A stretch of DNA of 64,000 nt from the human T2T-CHM13v2.0 reference genome, Homo sapiens. Below the pieces are notes generated by a model. The model did not search any database. It was not told the origin of the DNA and saw nothing but the letters and a program-made list of their open reading frames with translations. Below are positions 19,530 through 33,237 of this stretch, piece after piece. The stretch lies in NCBI RefSeq assembly GCF_009914755.1, contig NC_060928.1; one strand, written 5' to 3'. Position numbers and translations under genes: made by a program. Within the stretch, counting starts at the first letter, position 1; each line of letters starts with the position of its first letter.

Positions 19530-20390
19530 CTATTAGTTACTTACAGTTGCCTGATATGGTTTGGCTGGGTCCCCACCCAAGTCTCATCTTGAATTGTAGT
19601 TGCTATAATCCCCATATGTCATGGGAGGCCGCTGGTGGGAGATAATTGAATCATGGGGACAGTTGCCCCCATATTGTTATTGTGATGGTAAATTCTCACG
19701 AGATCTGATGGTTTTATAAGGGGCTTTTCCCCCCTTTGCTTGGCACTTCTCCTTCCTGCTGCCACGTGAAGAAGGATATGTTTGCTTCCCCTTCCACCAT
19801 GATTGTAAGTTTCCTGAGGCTTCCCCAGCCCTGTGGAACTGTGAGTCAATTAAACCTCTTTCCTTTATAAATTACCCAGTCTCAGGCAGTTCTTTACAGC
19901 AGCATAAGAACAGACTAATACACTGCCAAAACAAATAACCAAACATTGGGTCACCTAAAACAACACAAATTTATTCTCATATTTCTGGAGGTCAAAAGTT
20001 CAAAATCAGGCATCAGCAGGGCCCTTGAAACCTGCTCCCTCTGAAACCTGAGAAAGAGACTTCTCTGTCTCTTCCACCTCCTAGTGTATGTGAGCCATTC
20101 TTGGCCTTCCTTTTCTTGTAGATAAATCACACCAATGTCTGTTTCCATAATCACATGGTGTTCTCCCTTTGTCTGTATGTCAGCACATGGCATTCTCCTG
20201 TGTGCCTGTGTTTTCCAGTGGCTCTCTTCTTCTAGGGACACAGGCAGTATTAAATTAAGGCCTACCCTAATGACGTCATGATACCTTCATTCCATCTGTA
20301 GCAGCCCTATTTGTAATAGGGTCATGATCACAGGTACTGGCGGTTAGGACTTCAATGTATCACAGGTGGACTCAATTCAACCCTTAGTAG
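19530..20390 (-). mobile_element. MLT1C/D-like LTR split by THE1
   Basis: tattagtt...[THE1]...aaaacaacacaaatttattctcatatttctggaggtcaaaagt...ggttaggacttcaa...aattcaaccc. Confidence 0.75.
19552..19922 (+). mobile_element. THE1C/D-like solo LTR
   Basis: tgatatggtttggctg...cagactaataca; TSD ttgcc/ctgcc. Confidence 0.92.
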
Positions 20391-23185
20391 TCCTCACATC
20401 CTGTCTGTTTGTCATGGAATGGCTGGGTTCCTGTTCTTCCTGCAGTAAGTGAAAGAATCTCTCTTTTAAGCTGCTGGAGAATGCTATGACAATAGATCCC
20501 CTGGACTTAGTTGTTCTTAGGCCAAAGGAGGAGACATAACGATTTGGAAAAGTTACGCTAGAGGCCATAGGCGGGCTTTCAGGGCCTTTGTCCTAATGCC
20601 TTTCCTGTTTCTGCCTGTCAAAAGCTTTATATCAACTTCCTCCTCCTTGCATTCTGTCTGGGAAAAGTTCTGACTTTTTCCCCTAGGCAAATGCGGGCTA
20701 GCAAGGACAAAGGCCATGTACGTAGAAAGGCAAAATAATAAAAAATGATATTAATAATGTAATGGTTAATATCTAGGTAAACATTAGTATTCTTGAATAA
20801 TCTCAACTGTACATGCCGATATGATGTGGCTTAGTTTTCAAGTAACCCAGTGTTAGTTCAGGATTTGTGAGCTTCCATAAATGATATAAGCTCATTCAAA
20901 ATAGGTGCCGTTGGGCGCCAGATCCTTAGCTGTTTTCATCTGAAAGCCAGAGACTGGTTTCTGCCACAGGAATAAAGATACAAGTCTTCCAGTTTGAGAA
21001 AGGCTCTCTTCATTTTTCAAGATCCTCTATTCCTGGCCTGGGATCCACACTGCTGTGTCCCCTACAGATGGGCTCTCTGTCCTTAGAGCAGTATCCTTAC
21101 AGCACCAAGGCATCTGCTCGATTAGGGAAAACAAAAAAGCATCACACCAGCTGCTCACCATTTGTTGACCCAACATCTAATTAAATGGTCAGAATATATC
21201 ACTTTTAATTCAGCTGTGCTCATCTTGGTAGATGTAGTCACAGCTTAGTGGGAAGAAGAACAATAAAAATAAAAAAAGATGTGAAAGGAGGAACTGAATA
21301 TCAGACAGCCTTTGACCAAAGGGGAATTAAGCATTTTTAATTTTAGCGAATTTGGTGAACTTTGAATAACAGTTGCAAACGACATAGATTATGGAAAATA
21401 CTTGTTCAGTTTCATGTACTTTGTTTTTGAAGCAGAAACACTCACGAGGAAAACAGCTCCCATATGTTCTCACTTTCAAAATTGTGGAATAATTAGTGCA
21501 CTTTAACGAGTCAGTAGATCTGCTTTCCATGTGAGCACCATACGGTACAGACAGTAAATTGATAGCTTTCAAGTGTCTTTGGCAAGGCCTGACATGAGAT
21601 TGGAGTTTGGGTGGGTGGGAGGCTTTGACAATTGGAAATTATTTATTCTTCTTTAATTAAGTGGCTGCATTTCACATGTGCATCGGTTTGTTTTAGATAA
21701 TAATAAACAGCTCATTACCAAGCCCCTCCATAAATACCCCAAAGAACACAGTGAATGTGTCAGAAGGAAATAAATATTTACCGAATTAACTGACAGTCTT
21801 GCTCATGAATATACGCCAACCTCATGTTTGTATGTATTATTTTAGCATTTTTTAAATGCTGCCTAAATTGTCTGCTTTTTGCTATGGATCAACTATGTTT
21901 TAAATTACCTTTTAAATATTCTTTCTATCATGATCTTTTCATTGAATATTTTGGACCTTATCTTATAAGCATAGAAGGCTGTCAGAGGTAGAAATTACCA
22001 AGGATTTTTTTTCTTTTTTTTTTAATAACAAATGCCTCTATTATTTGTAAGGCCCATTTGTCATTGTCTGTAGGTCTGATTTGATACTCCAATTTTGACA
22101 GTAGTTAGGCAGGGATCATTTCTCTCATTATACATGAGAATGTTGAGATTGACTTAAGTCCATTGATTTTTTTTTTTCTCTCACTACACCAGGCATTAAA
22201 CAGAGATCTTATCCATTGAGCTTACAAACATAAAATGAGCAAGCATCTAGCATTAGAAATGTGCACAAAAAAGGAGATCCTATCTAATTTTGGGGTCCAG
22301 GAGTGCTTATCTGAGAAAGAGATCTTCAAAATGAGACTAGGAAGGAAAAGAGGTGAGTAGGTATGGGAGGGTGGGCTGAAGAGGTGGGGTAGTGTCAAAG
22401 GAGGGGTTGGTGATCACATGTCCAGAAGACCTGGGGAACAAGAAAGAGTTAACTGAGGAGCTGTGAGGACCAAACTTTGGCTAGAAATGAGAGTCAGAAA
22501 GTTAAGTTGAAGGAATAAGTAGTAAAATGAAAAACTTAAGACTTTGGAATGAACTAAGGAAATATGTGGATATCCTGTATCAATGGAATGATGAAGCCTC
22601 TGCGGATTATCTGATTTTATCATGTCCTGAGCTTTTGTCTTTGATTTGGCTATTTTACAACTCTGGGAAGATAGAAGTTAAGTTGTAGAAAACTGATAGC
22701 AATGCAAATAGGTTTGCCTAGATAAAAGCAAACTGCCCAGTGGAATGCAATTGATTATTGTCCAATGGACAGATAAGGTTTTGCAGGCCAGTGCTAACAT
22801 TCTTTTACTATGTGTACATTTTGGATTCTTTGTCTTTTCCTCTAAAAAGTTGTAACATCTTTTCCACTTCCCTCATTAATTAATGAATTAAAGCTTAGAC
22901 ACATATTCATTTTATGTCTCTATATGGAATGCTTTGTTTCCTCCAGCAACTTAGTTTAGGCTTTTTGTGCCAAGTAGGTGCCATGTCAATTTCTCCTTCC
23001 TTGGTCTTCACGGAGTAGATAACCGTTTGCTGCACACATACTTACATACTTTGGTACCCTAAAACACTGGGCAAATGTTTTTGTATAGTTTGGTAGTTTT
23101 GGTTGCCTTCACTATATTTCTTTAGCCATGTTCTGTTAGCCACATTAATGGGCATTTTTTCTTTCCACTCTCTTTTATCTCATCA

Positions 23186-23191
23186 GCGTGC

Positions 23192-23232
<41 letters not shown>
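23186..23232. repeat. (CA)n microsatellite with a (CG)4 core
   Basis: gcgtgcacacacacgcgcgcgcacacaca...; uninterrupted purine-pyrimidine alternation. Confidence 0.9.
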
Positions 23233-23385
23233 ATGCTCTGCAAAGGATTGGTGTTCAGTGGAGGAGCCTTAGAGGTAGAGGAGGAATCTGGAGTGTTTAC
23301 ATGAATGGGCTTCCAGCCTTTGCCTTGACATAGCTGATACCAGTGGTGACTGCAGAAATTGTTAATGAAGGTTGGTGTTGTCATC

Positions 23386-23801
23386 TATCTTACTCTATTT
23401 GGGCTGCTATAACAAAATATCTTAGACTGAGTGATTTGTAAATGACAGAAATGCATTGCTCAGTTCTAGAGGCCAGAAGTCCCAGATCAAAACACTAGCA
23501 GGCTCTGTGTCTAGTGAGGGCCTGTTCTAGAGGCCGGAAGTCCAAGATCAAAGCACTAGCAAACTCTATGTCCAGTGAGGGCCTGTTCCTCATCAATGGC
23601 AACTTCTATGTGTCCTCACATGGCAAAAGGGCAAGACAGCTCTCTGGATCCTCTTTTACAGGGATATTAATTCCATTTATGGGGGAGAACCTCATGACCT
23701 AATCACCTTCAAAGGCACCATCTTCTAATAACATTGCCTAGGTGATTAGGTTTAACATATGAATTGGGAAGGCTGGGGACAAACATATTTAGACCATAGC
23801 A
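23386..23801 (-). mobile_element. MSTD-like LTR with an internal 61-bp duplication
   Basis: gggctgctataacaaaata...tgtcctcacatggc...ggacaaacatatttagaccatagca. Confidence 0.85.
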
Positions 23802-25976
23802 TTAGCCAAAGATTTTTGAAGGAGGTAGGGCTTATGCTGGGACTTTAAGGATAAATAAGATTCCAAAGTTGAAGAGAGAATACATGGCACAGAAAATTAG
23901 AGCAAACAAATAAATAGGTACCTAGGAGGGCTAGAGGTAATCAAAGCATGCTGTACATAAAGTGATTTGAGCTGATCTACCTAGTCATAGCAGTGGGCTG
24001 TCATAGAGGTGGAACATGGGGGTTAAGGACCCATTGCCATCCTTTAGGGGAACTGCCTGGAACTGCACAAGGCAATTCATGTATAGCTTCTCCTCACCAG
24101 TCAAACATACACATGGGACGACAATTGAGCACACTAGGAGCTAGAGAATGGAGACTTAGCTAAGAACTAGGATTGGTTTGTTTGTTGCTCTAACACTGAA
24201 AACAAAGGTAAAAAGAGACACCAGGAAACAATTAATATTGTCTGACACAGCCCATCTCAGATAACACCTTGTTATTGGACTTGGTTGAGATAATTATGGA
24301 AAGATCAGCCTCTCCTTTATCTGGATGTGGCATTTGGCTTTATCAGTGTAACAAAAAGACCATTATTCTGTGTATCCAAAATCAAAGCTCTAGGCCCTGG
24401 CTATGACACTAAGCAGCAATCACCTGGCCCTACTGAGCCTGAAAGACTTATTTTTCTTTTTCAGTGACATGAGGCATATGTGCTAGAAATTCTTCAACAT
24501 CCTTTTCAGGTCCCTTAATATCATACTTGTCCTTCTTCTTATACCATAAGATCTGTAAGACCAAAGATTGTAACTCCTTCCTTTGGCCTGGTGATATCTT
24601 ACATGATGAGATGCTCAGCAAAGTAATCTCGATCAAGTCTGGTGGATCAAAACTCTAGAATAATGGGTAGATGAATGGGTGACCCAGATGTATGCCAATT
24701 CTCTCTTTGTTTTAGTCTCACGCTCATACGGATGCAGAATTGGGCATCTCATTGAGTTTCTTAAAAAGGCATTCATTCATGCAAAAAGCTCTAATAAGCA
24801 AAGCAAATTCTATGAAACAATTTGTGAGAGTGTGAAAGGAAGAATTTACACCACATGCTTGACAGCCAATAATTTAAGAATTCCTAGAGATATTCTGAGT
24901 CTTCAAAGTCATTTTTTGGCTGTACCAGAGTTGTGTTTTCCCTTCTTGCTACTGCTCCCAGCACATTCAGCTTTTCTTGTCCATCTCCCATCTCTTGGAT
25001 TCCCTTCCATTCCCAGCCCACCTCCAGGCCAAAAGAAAAAACAGAAACAAAAACAAAAACAACAAACCCAGCAAATAAACAATGTAACTTCATTATACCT
25101 AAATAGATTACTTAGTGACTTATCTCTGCAACATAGTATTTTGACAAGCAAAATTAAGGGCCAAGCCCACAGGGATACCTTCCTTAAAAAGCAGGTGGGG
25201 CTATAACTATCTTATTTCTGTCACAGCCAAATAAATGCAGAGATGAAGATGAAGTAATTGAACAAAGAGCATGGGACACGGAGTTAGCCATTTTTAACAG
25301 ATGCCATTTACTGATTGATCTTTCTATGCCAGGCTTAATCATCTGAATGTGCTATTATTCTCATCCTGTAGATCCAAAATATGGTGGTGGCAGAGCAGTT
25401 TTGGACTTGTTCGAGATGATAGATAGTATGCAGCATAGATGGAAGTAAGCCCAGAGCCATCTGATTCCAATGCTTTTCCTTGCCTCCCTCAACAGTTTGT
25501 TTTGGTGCCTTCTCTATGTAGCTTATTCTATAATTAGGCCAGCCATCTCTCTGAATGCCTGACTTCCCCAGGTAAAATAACGGCATCCCAGAAGCAGCTG
25601 ATTAGACCTGAGCAGCTGTAGTTCCCCCCAAATTACTTTAACTGTCTTGACTTGAGCTTCACCGATGATCCCCTATAGGCCCTTGTAATCTGATAACAAT
25701 TGGAGACTCAGCAAAGTGCTTATCAGCTATTTCACAATGATAAATGTTTGCCAGCAGAGCAAATAAAAAGGGATATCATAGAAAAGGCTCTTTATGTGGG
25801 AATGGCAGAGAAAGCACAGTGTTTAGGGGATATATGATTCTAACACCTAGGATAACTGTAATCTGTCAAGAAGAGCAAAATGGGAACATTTTTGGGGGGT
25901 AAGTTTTGCTTTTGTTTTCTGAAAATTATCGCAATAAAAGTCTGTCCAGTGGTAGAAGAGGATGAATATCAAAATC

Positions 25977-26532
25977 TGGACAGCCATTAATATGTAGCCA
26001 CCAGCCACATGTAGATACTTAAAATTATGTATAATTAAATAAAAGAAAATAATAGAGGTGCTTAGTAACACTAGTCACATTTCAAGTGCTCAGTAGCCAC
26101 ATGTGGCTAGCAGCTACCTAGCTGGATAACACAAATATAGAAAATTCCAGCTGAGCATGGTGGCTCACACCTGTAATTTTAGCACTTTCAAAGGCTGAGG
26201 CCAGAGGATCACTTGAGCCTAGAAGTTTGAGACCAGCCTGGGCAACACGGTGAGAATCTATCTCTACAAAAAATAAAATGAACAAAAGATTAGCTGGACA
26301 TGGTGACATGCTCCTGTGATCCCAGTTACTTGGGAGGCTGAAGTAGAAGGATCCCTTGAACATAGGAAGATGAGGCTTCAGTGAGCTGTGATGGCACCAC
26401 TGCACTTCAGCCTGGGAAACAGAGTGAGACACTGCCTCAAAAAAAAAAAAAAAAGAAAGAAAGAAAGAAAGAAGGTAAAAGTAAAAAAAAAAAAAATTCC
26501 ACCATTGCAGAAACTTATATTGGACAAAGCTA
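25977..26532 (-). mobile_element. MER3-like hAT-Charlie element split by an AluJ
   Basis: cacatttcaagtgctcagtagccacatgtggctag...[Alu]...ccattgcagaaacttatattggaca. Confidence 0.8.
26149..26492 (+). mobile_element. AluJ
   Basis: Diverged dimer (ggatcacttgagcctagaag); TSD aaaattcc(a). Confidence 0.9.
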
Positions 26533-26694
26533 GTCTAGTGCATAAAGTTTCAAGATTAAAGAAGGCCATCAGTGACAATGCAGAGCTAATTAGCAGAGTG
26601 AGCATTTGCAGGACAGTGCTAGGATCGAAACTGCAAGTCTTAGAATTGCTCCAACTCACACATTCATTAAATGAAAATAGCAGTATCTATTCTT

Positions 26695-28090
26695 TTTTAA
26701 AAAAACTGTGGTAAAGCATGCATAATATAAAATTTACTATCTTAACTACTTTTAAATGTACAGTTCAGTAGCGCTAAGTTTGTTCATGTTTGTTGTGCAA
26801 CCAGTCTCCAGAACTATTTCAGCTTGCAAAACTGTGACTCTATATCCCTTAAACAGCAGTCCCCCATTTCCCCCTACCCCCTGCCCATCCCTGGAAACCA
26901 CCATTGTACTCTCTGTTTCTATGAATTTGACTACTCTAGATACCTCGTATGAGTAGAATAATACAGTATCTGTCCTTTTTGTGACTGGTTTATTTCACCT
27001 GGGATAATGTCTTCAAGGTACATCCATGTTGAAACATGTCAGAATTTCCTTCCTTTATAAGGCTAAATAATAGTCTATTGTTTATATATATGTTACATTT
27101 CGTTTATCTCTTTATCATTGATAAAGATACTAGACACATGGGTTAATTCCACTTGTAAGTGACTATAAATAATGCTGCTTTGAACCTCAGTATACAAATA
27201 TCTCTTTAAGATCCTATTTTAATGTGTTCAGATACATAACCAGGAGTATAAATTGCTTCACGATATGGTAATTATTTTTATTTTTAATGGTGCTGGGATA
27301 ACTGGCTAGCCCTACACAGGAGATTGAAACTGAACCCCTTCCTTATACCATATACAAAAATCAATCCAAGAGGGACTAAAGACTTAAATGTTAAACTCCA
27401 AACTATAAAAACCCTGGAAGACAGCCTAGGCAATACCATTCAGGACATAGGCACGGACAAAGATTTCATGACGAAGATGCCAAAAGCAATTGCAATAAAA
27501 GCAAAAATTGACAAATTGAATCTAATTAAACTAAAAAGCTTCTGCACAGCACAAGAAACAACAGAGTAAACAGACAACCTACAGAACGGGAGAAAATTTT
27601 TGCCAACTATGCATCTGATAAAGGTCTGATATCCAGCATTTATAAGGAACATAAATAAATTTGTGAGAAAAAAACAAACAACCCCATAAAAAAGTGGGCA
27701 AAGGACATGAACAGACACTTTTCAAAAGAAGTCATACATGCAGCCAACAATCGTATAAAAAAAAGCTCGACATCACTGATCACTAGAGAAATACAAATCA
27801 AAACTGCAATGAGATACCATCTCACACCAGTCAGAATGGCTGTTATTAAACAGTCAGAAAATAACAGATGCTAGCTAGGTTGTGGAGAAAAGGGGACACT
27901 TATATACTATTGTTAGGAGTGTAAATTTTAAAAAACCTTTTAAGGAACTATCATGCTGTTTTCCATAGTAGCTGTACCATTTTACATTTCCACCAACAAT
28001 GCACAAGTGTTCCAACTTCTCTGCATCATCACGAACACTTGTAACTTGCTGTGTTTTTTTTAAAGAGTAGTCATCCTGAAAAATGTGATA
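26695..28090 (-). mobile_element. L1MB-like 3' end, interrupted by an opposite-strand L1PA fragment
   Basis: cataatataaaatttactatcttaac...tgtttctatgaatttgactactctagatacctc; collinear continuation aggaactatcatgctgttttccatag after 27936. Confidence 0.85.
27286..27926 (+). mobile_element. Internal ORF2 fragment of a primate L1 (L1PA8-13-like), no 3' UTR or poly(A)
   Basis: Translates to ...[25 protein letters not shown]...[19 protein letters not shown]; ends abruptly at ggagtgtaaatt. Confidence 0.9.
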
Positions 28091-28699
28091 TTAACCCATT
28101 TTTAAAGGCTACTTTATTTCCAGAGATGTGGACACTGTTGTATGCTATTATTAGAGGAAATATTTTGTTTTTTTTTTACATTTCTGGTTAAAATGTAAAC
28201 ACATTTATTATAGAAAACTGAGAAAATATGGAGATGACTTAAGAAAAGAGTGAAAAATTAGCTATGGACTTACCTCCTAGGGATAGCTGGTGCTACTGTC
28301 TTGATATATGTTAAAAATATGTAAAAACATATAAAGATACTTTAGTTTTCCAAATGGAAACTATATGTACTGCCTCATAATTTGATTTTTGGTATTTAAT
28401 AATACTTGAGCATTTTTATGTCATTAAACCATTTTAAGTGTTTTATAGTAAATAAGTAGTATTTAATCATTTGGATATAATATACTTTATTAAATTTACC
28501 ACTTAATTTTGGATTTACAGTATTTAAAATTTATTTGCTATTTCAATAACCTTGTAATGAATTCTTCTAAACATAAATCACTGCATAACCTGACTAGCCA
28601 TATATGAAAATTTTCTAGGGCATAATTCTGGAATATATTGGTCACAAGGTTTGAAATACTCATAAGAAAATAAACCTTTCCTTATTTAAGAATAATGTA

Positions 28700-29048
<349 letters not shown>

Positions 29049-29129
29049 TTATATGCATTGATGAATTATCCATATCAGCATAGCCAATACTTTCTTTTTT
29101 CAACAAGTCTTTTTAACATAAGCTGAGTA

Positions 29130-29592
29130 TTTCCAGCTCATCCAGATTAATTTTTCCAAAAGCAAATAACAAGATGAGAATTTGTGCGCAAGTGAATTAT
29201 TGAGTAAATCACCAGGGAAGGCCGTTGACATAGTGGGAGAAGCAGGATAGGGAAGGTGAGGAAGGGTGTGGTCAGAGTAAAAAATTCCTGCAGGGTAGCT
29301 TCAGTCTGACCTTGCGAGAGACCTCAGGAGTAGGGTATGTCTCAGGGTTGCCCTGCTCCACGTCACGGGGCCTGGATTCCTTATTCCCAGTGATAATCAG
29401 TGGTAATGACCCCATGGCGAGAGAAAATACAAACTCTCAGATCCTTTTGGCTCTCTGTGCCCTTGGACAAAACTTTGTCCATGAAGGTGCAGCAAGTACT
29501 GGCCATTGAAAGTCCCTGAGAGGCAAAGTGGGAGTGAATGGGGCTGGAGGCAGGGCACAGAAAAAGTACAAAGGATCTCAAGCCCCTATACT
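29130..29592. mobile_element. Old ERVL-type LTR (LTR16/LTR33-like)
   Basis: agatgagaatttgtgcgcaagtgaattattgag motif typical of these LTR ends; heavily diverged. Confidence 0.4.
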
Positions 29593-29599
29593 GTCCATT

Positions 29600-30860
29600 A
29601 AACCTATGTCCAGGAAACTCCCTCCTGCCCAGAAGAAGTCACCCTGAGTTTTAACACCATAGATAAGTTTGGCCTGTTTTTGAACTGTATATATAATAGA
29701 ATTATACAGACAATACTGTTTTGTTTCTGCCTTTCTTTACGTATCATGATGTTTGTGAGACCCAGCCAAGTTGTTGCACATAGCAACAGCAGGCAGATTT
29801 TCAGTGTCATTTATGATTCCATTCCTTAAACATACCAACATTCATTTGTTCAGTTTACTGTTCTCGGACATCTGAGTTGTTTTTGCCTTAGAGATGTTAT
29901 TGAATTTTGCCACTATGAACATGACTGTCCATAAGCTCTCATTTCTGAGGAAAGTAACGGCTGAGTCATAAGCTGGATAGGTCATAATACTTAGTTTTAG
30001 TATAGAAGCTGTTCTCGGAAGTGGTTGTATCAATAGATATGCCTACCAGAAGGTTATGAAAATTTTACTTTCTGTCCTCATCATAGGTGGTATTGCCGGT
30101 CTTAACATTTTAGCCATTTTGGTGGACACAGAGTGGTCTCTCATTGTGGTTTAATGTGTATTTCCTTAAAAAAGATGTTGAGCAACTTGTCATATGTTTC
30201 CTGGTTATTTGGATATTATCTTTTGTGAAGTGCCTACTTGTAACTATAGCTTTTAAAATTGGGTTTTCTGCCCTTTTTTGTACTGATTATTAGAATTTAA
30301 ATATGTATATATATATAGCCTACTGTACATTTATTTATGATATAAATAAGTATATATTTGTATACACATATTCTGAATATGAGTCTTTTGTTGTTTATAT
30401 ATATTGCAAATATTTTCTACTTTATGACTTACATTTCTATTCTCTTATTGTTGACCAGAAATTCCTAACTTTAGTGTAGTCTAGCTGACCAATCTATCCT
30501 TTTTGGTTAATGCTTTTCAGGCCCCTTTGTCTACTCCAAGGTCATAAGAATATTATTCAATGTTATTTTCTAAAAGATTGTTTACCTGAAATGTATTTTT
30601 TATATATAGTATGGAGTAAGGATAAAGTTTCATTTTCTTTCCTTGTGGATATTCACTTGACCCAGTATAATTTATTGGACAAAAGTTCTTTCTGTACTAT
30701 TCTATAGTTCTTTCTTACTCATAAATCAAATCTTCCTATCTGTATAGATCTGCTTCTGTTCTAATTTTTGAATCTTTGTGCCACTAGTACTCTCATATAT
30801 ACTATATCTTTATAATAAAATTTGATATCTATCAGAGTAATTCCTACAACTTTGTTCTTT
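29600..30860 (-). mobile_element. Old L1ME-like fragment
   Basis: ttggcctgtttttgaactgtatata...ttttagccattttggtgg...tctcattgtggttt...tcttttgtgaagtgcct. Confidence 0.75.
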
Positions 30861-31159
30861 GATAAGGGAAATAAGCCCTACATAAAGAACAAGCAAACAA
30901 CCAACAAACCCAACAAACATAATCCTTTATGTTGTATATTCTAAAATTTAAAAACTCAAGTAACAGAAACTACCCTTTGTGTTTTGCCCACTCACTGCCA
31001 TCCCCCTTACCTCTCCTGTGGAACTTCTGTGATCTTTTCAGATATTTATCAACATCCCGTTTCAGAGAGCCCACTTATCTTGTTTACTGTGACTCTCCTA
31101 GTTTTCAAGACATAGATTGAAATCTATTCTCAAATATATATCTTACATCACTTATTGCT

Positions 31160-31673
31160 TGTATTAGGCCACTTTTGCTTTGCTACAGAGAAATACCTGC
31201 AACTGGGTAATTTGTTAAAAAAAAAAAAAACAAGAGGCTTAATTGGCTCACAGTTCTGCAGACTGTACAGGAAGCATGACACTGTCATCAGCTCAGCTTC
31301 TTTGGAGGCCTCAAGGAGACTTTACTCATAGTGGAAGGTGAAGTGGGAGAAGGAACATCACACGGTAAGATCAGGAGCAAGAAAGAGTAGGGGTTGGGGT
31401 TTGTCACACAAATAAAAAAAAAAAAAATCAGATCTCCCAAGAACTCACTCGCTATTGCAAGGATAGCACCAAGGCATGAGGGAAGAACTCACTCACTATT
31501 GCAAGCATAGCACCAAGGCATGAGGGAAGAACTCACTCACTATTGCAAGGATCGCACCAAGGCATGAGGGATCTGCCCCCATGACCCAAACACCTCGACC
31601 ATGCCCCACCTCCAGCACTAGGCATTACGGTTCAACATGAGATTCGGCAGGGCCATATATTCCAACTCTATTA
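31160..31673 (-). mobile_element. MSTB-like solo LTR
   Basis: tgtattaggcc...ggctcacagttctgcagactgtacaggaagcatg...ttcaacatgagatt; TSD ttgct/tagct. Confidence 0.9.
31439..31570. repeat. 3 x 44-bp tandem repeat inside the MSTB LTR
   Basis: Unit aagaactcactcactattgcaaggatagcaccaaggcatgaggg at 31439, 31483 and 31527. Confidence 0.95.
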
Positions 31674-31943
31674 TAGCTCTTTCCCTGATTTTAAAATTTA
31701 TGTTTGAACCATTTTTCATGCATCTATTATCAGGCTTTTGAGGTGGATGTCTTGCGAGCTCAGAGTCCCCCTCTGAAATGGATCTTCAAACTAATTCTGA
31801 AGTGGACTGTGCTTGTTTTGGGGAGGTAGTATGGGAGACATGGAATCTTGAGTGGTACTCATGAATAAGGCACAACCTGAGAAAACCCGGATCATTAAGA
31901 ACTGAAGCAGTCATTCTTGCTTCTGGTTGGCATATTCTCCTCA

Positions 31944-32357
<414 letters not shown>

Positions 32358-32937
32358 TTATGTTCATACACACGCACACACACATATAAGGTTGTAATCT
32401 TGGCTCTCAAGACAAATGGAAAAGGGTTACAAAGTGCAAATCGAATGCACATATGGTAAGACCCTTTGAGGTCTCCATTTTTTATTGTTCTTCTTCCTCC
32501 CCTCTGCCTCCTAGGGATTCTTCAGCAAAGCTTTATCTCTCAGAGATTTACAGTTCAATAAGGCTTTTGCTTTTTTACATAGGAAGCACAGACTGAGTCT
32601 GACTATCTGGTTTTCTATCTTTTCTGTGCTCCCCACACTCCTTATTTAAAACGGATAATTTTCTTTGCATATGCTCCATTTCAAACACTAGACTGTTCTG
32701 AATCTTGGAGTTATCAAGGTGTCTTACCCCAGCTCATGTGTTTGTTAAACTGTAATGGCACCCTGCCAATAAAATGCTTTAGGAGATAAGGTAGGACCTC
32801 ATAGATGGCACCAAGTGACAGTGTTCTTCTTATGGCTCCTTAATCATGGAAGAGAACACCTGGAAAATTCATTATCTTGTCAAATGGGAACAAAGTATAT
32901 GAAGGAAAATTAGGTTCACAAAGGAGTGATGAAATCT

Positions 32938-33237
32938 GGCTGGGCACAATGGCTCACACCTATAATCCCAGAAATTTGTGAGGCCAAGGTGGAAGATACA
33001 TTGGAGGCCAGTAGTTTGAGACCAGCCTGGGCAACTTAGCAAGAACCCACCTCTACAAAAAATTAAGAAATCAGTCAGGCATGATGACATGAGCCTTTAG
33101 TCCTTGCCACTCGAGAGGCTGAGGCAGGAGGATTGCTTGAGCCCAGGAGTTCTAAGTTACAGTTAGCTATAATTACACCACTGCATTCAAACCTGAGTGA
33201 TAGAGTGAGACTTTGTCTCTATTTTTTTTTTTTAAAA
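32938..33237 (+). mobile_element. AluJ
   Basis: Diverged dimer (ggattgcttgagcccaggagt); tail region holds a T run. Confidence 0.9.

Noticed and set aside
24679-25206. 175-aa ORF
   Set aside because: Non-ATG start, low-complexity Q/K stretch from an A-rich tract, no homology I recognise.
27286-27926. Idea that this L1 fragment is the piece deleted from the L1PA2 at 12525
   Set aside because: It overlaps the same ORF2 region, but the endpoints differ by roughly 100-200 bp and the sequence is from an older subfamily.
31439-31570. CRISPR-like array
   Set aside because: Head-to-tail units with no unique spacers, inside a mammalian LTR; no cas genes.
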